Part shown: positions 61,896 through 64,000 of the stretch, in pieces
How positions within the stretch are numbered: position 1 is the stretch's first letter
How the letters are laid out: every line of letters begins with the position of its first letter
Source: Eledone cirrhosa
Taxonomy: Eukaryota
Assembly (NCBI GenBank): GCA_964016885.1
Contig: OZ024742.1
Location: 196,230,001-196,294,000 of the forward strand
Length of the DNA: 64,000 nt
Reading direction: 5' to 3'
The notes under the pieces: generated by a model
The model's database searches: none
Told to the model about the DNA's origin: nothing
Seen by the model: only the letters and a program-made list of their open reading frames with translations
Program-made: the position numbers and the translations under genes

Positions 61896-63197
61896 ACTCA
61901 TTTTCACATCCTCCTCTGCCTCCTGAGAGAGAGAGAAAGAGATACACACACACACACACATATATACACATATATATAGTTACAAACACACATACATCAT
62001 CATCAATACACATGTACATTTGCTGTTGTCCATATTTGCCAGTTGTGTGTGTGTGTGTGTGTGTGTAAAAACAGCACAGATGTAAGTGGATAAGGAAAGG
62101 ATATAGAGAAAGAGAGCGAGAGGTAAAGTGGTAGCGGGATCAATTTCAGTTAACAGTTAATTCAATTACATGTTTTTGTTGCTACTGCAATGGATCTCAG
62201 TCAGTTTCAAAGATGAGTGTTCTAGTTATTCGATCAACAGAACAGCTTGCTCATGAAATTAACATGTAAGTAGTCAAGCATTCCACAGACACGTGTACCT
62301 TTCATGTAAATCTTAGGAAGATTCAGAATGACTGTGACCGATATGGCTGGGCCTTTGAATTGCATGAACAATTCCTCAAACATGGGCTTCCAAAAGGTTT
62401 CTGTCCACCCAAGATGCCACAAAGTAGGATCAAATCCAGGACTTAATGAATGTGATGTTACTATTTATAATGGTTTCTGATTTTGGGTGAAGGGCAAGTC
62501 GATTAAATCTACCCAAGATATTAATAGTTATAATGAAATATATTTTATGTTGAATGTACAAGGATTTCCTGGGTTACAGAAATATTACTTTCTGGAAAAT
62601 CTTGCCCTAACATGGAATTCTGTTACACAAAACTCATTTTAAGATTGATTTTCATGTTTCACTCACCTGCCTAATGTTGAAATACAGTAGTGCTGGTGCC
62701 ACAATAAAACTGCACCCAGTCCACACTGTAATGTGGTAGTGCTGATGCCACAATAAAATACACCCAGTCCACACTGTAAAATGATGCATTTTATTGTGGC
62801 AAGCCTGGCCTGAACACATATATATATATACATAGGTTTTCAAATATGAGGAAATGTTACTGTCTGTTGCTACTCTGAGTTCAAATCATGCTGAGATCAA
62901 CATTGCCTTTCATCCTTTTAAGGTCAATAACAAAAGTACCTAGTACTGGGGTCGATTCTTATAAATTATCTTTATTACTTCCTCTCTCTCTCTCTCTTTG
63001 TCTCTCAGCAATCCATGAAAGTCAGATTAGCAACAGAGAGTAGTGTGGAGGCAGAGAAAGAGTTAGAGTGAGAGAAAGTATTATATGAAGTGAGAACACA
63101 CACATTGACAATTAATGGTTAAAGGAGAAAATGAGTTTGTTAAAGTAGTAACAGATGTTAATTAACACTCTTATTAATTGGGAGGGGGGGGGGGGTG

Positions 63198-63206
63198 AGA
63201 AAGAAA

Positions 63207-63254
<48 letters not shown>

Positions 63255-63290
63255 AAAAGAAAGAAAGAAAAAGAAAGAAAGAAAAAGAGA
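63198..63290. repeat. (AAAG)n microsatellite
   Basis: Direct observation. Confidence 0.92.
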
Positions 63291-63616
63291 GTGAGTGAGA
63301 GAGTTAATGATGTCTAAAGTTTATATGGGGTGGTGCAGAGAGGAGAGGGTTTTCTATTTCTCTCATTTAGATTTACATATAGCCATAGGTATTATAGGTA
63401 CATGCAGGGACGTGGTTAAGAGGTTATCTTTGAAACCATTTGGTTTTAGGTTCAGTGTGGCACATTGAGCAAGATTCTTTTATGCTAGCCATGAGCTGCT
63501 CAATGCTTTGAGATTGAAAATAGTAGATGGAAAATGTAAAGACAAGACCCCCAAACTATAGATACAGATGTGATGACACAAGACCTCAAACTATATATAA
63601 CAGATGAGATGACATG

Positions 63617-64000
63617 ATCATCATCATCATCATCATCACCGTTTTACGTCCGTTCTTCCACGCTAGCATGGGTTAGACGGGTTGTCCTGTTGTGGGCAGT
63701 GTCTGGTCGGCTGACCATGCCTTGCTCATACAGGAACTGATCTGGCTTGATTTCTACAGCTGGATGCCCTTCCTAACACCAACCTCATTTACAGTGAGTG
63801 CTGGGTGCTTTTTCGTGGCGCCTACACGTCCACTTTACAGTGTGGGCTGGGTGCTTTTTTGCCGTGGCACCTCCACGACCACCTTGCGGTGGGGGGAGTG
63901 GGGGCATATTGTTTATATGCTTCAGCATGTACCCATGGGAGGTCGGGTACCCTGTATTACTGCGTGACGCCAGAAGTCACGGTCGTGTGTCATTGACTTT
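63617..64000 (-). mobile_element. RTE 3' UTR/SINE-tail copy, runs off window end
   Basis: (CAT)n, ttttacgtcc, gctagcatgggtt, ggatgcccttcctaacaccaacc. Confidence 0.75.

Overview
AT-rich, repeat-saturated eukaryotic non-coding DNA (intronic or intergenic). The SINE/RTE repertoire looks cephalopod, probably Octopus (inference). I can support no host protein-coding gene; nearly all ORF-track entries are microsatellite or transposon read-throughs. The window holds minisatellites and microsatellites; decayed LINEs of several clades (RTE, R4/Dong, CRE, CR1/L2, Tx1/L1), including one young 5'-truncated RTE with an intact ORF; tRNA-derived CORE-like and Meta-like SINEs; piggyBac-, Tc1/mariner- and hAT-type MITEs; two head-to-head Helitrons; and a ~760-bp inverted duplication. 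The main hidden signal is about 20 minimal type I hammerhead-ribozyme (HHR) motifs, intact to decayed, from roughly nine sequence-unrelated families. Most sit in small ORF-less foldback or terminally redundant elements inserted into (TA)n/(CA)n tracts, and many share a short downstream TGAGTRC motif. This points to a diverse set of non-autonomous Penelope-like/retrozyme elements. The best case is a 311-bp unit with 50-bp terminal redundancy and a fully canonical HHR core (32247-32607). All RNA folding was done by eye, and repeat boundaries are approximate.
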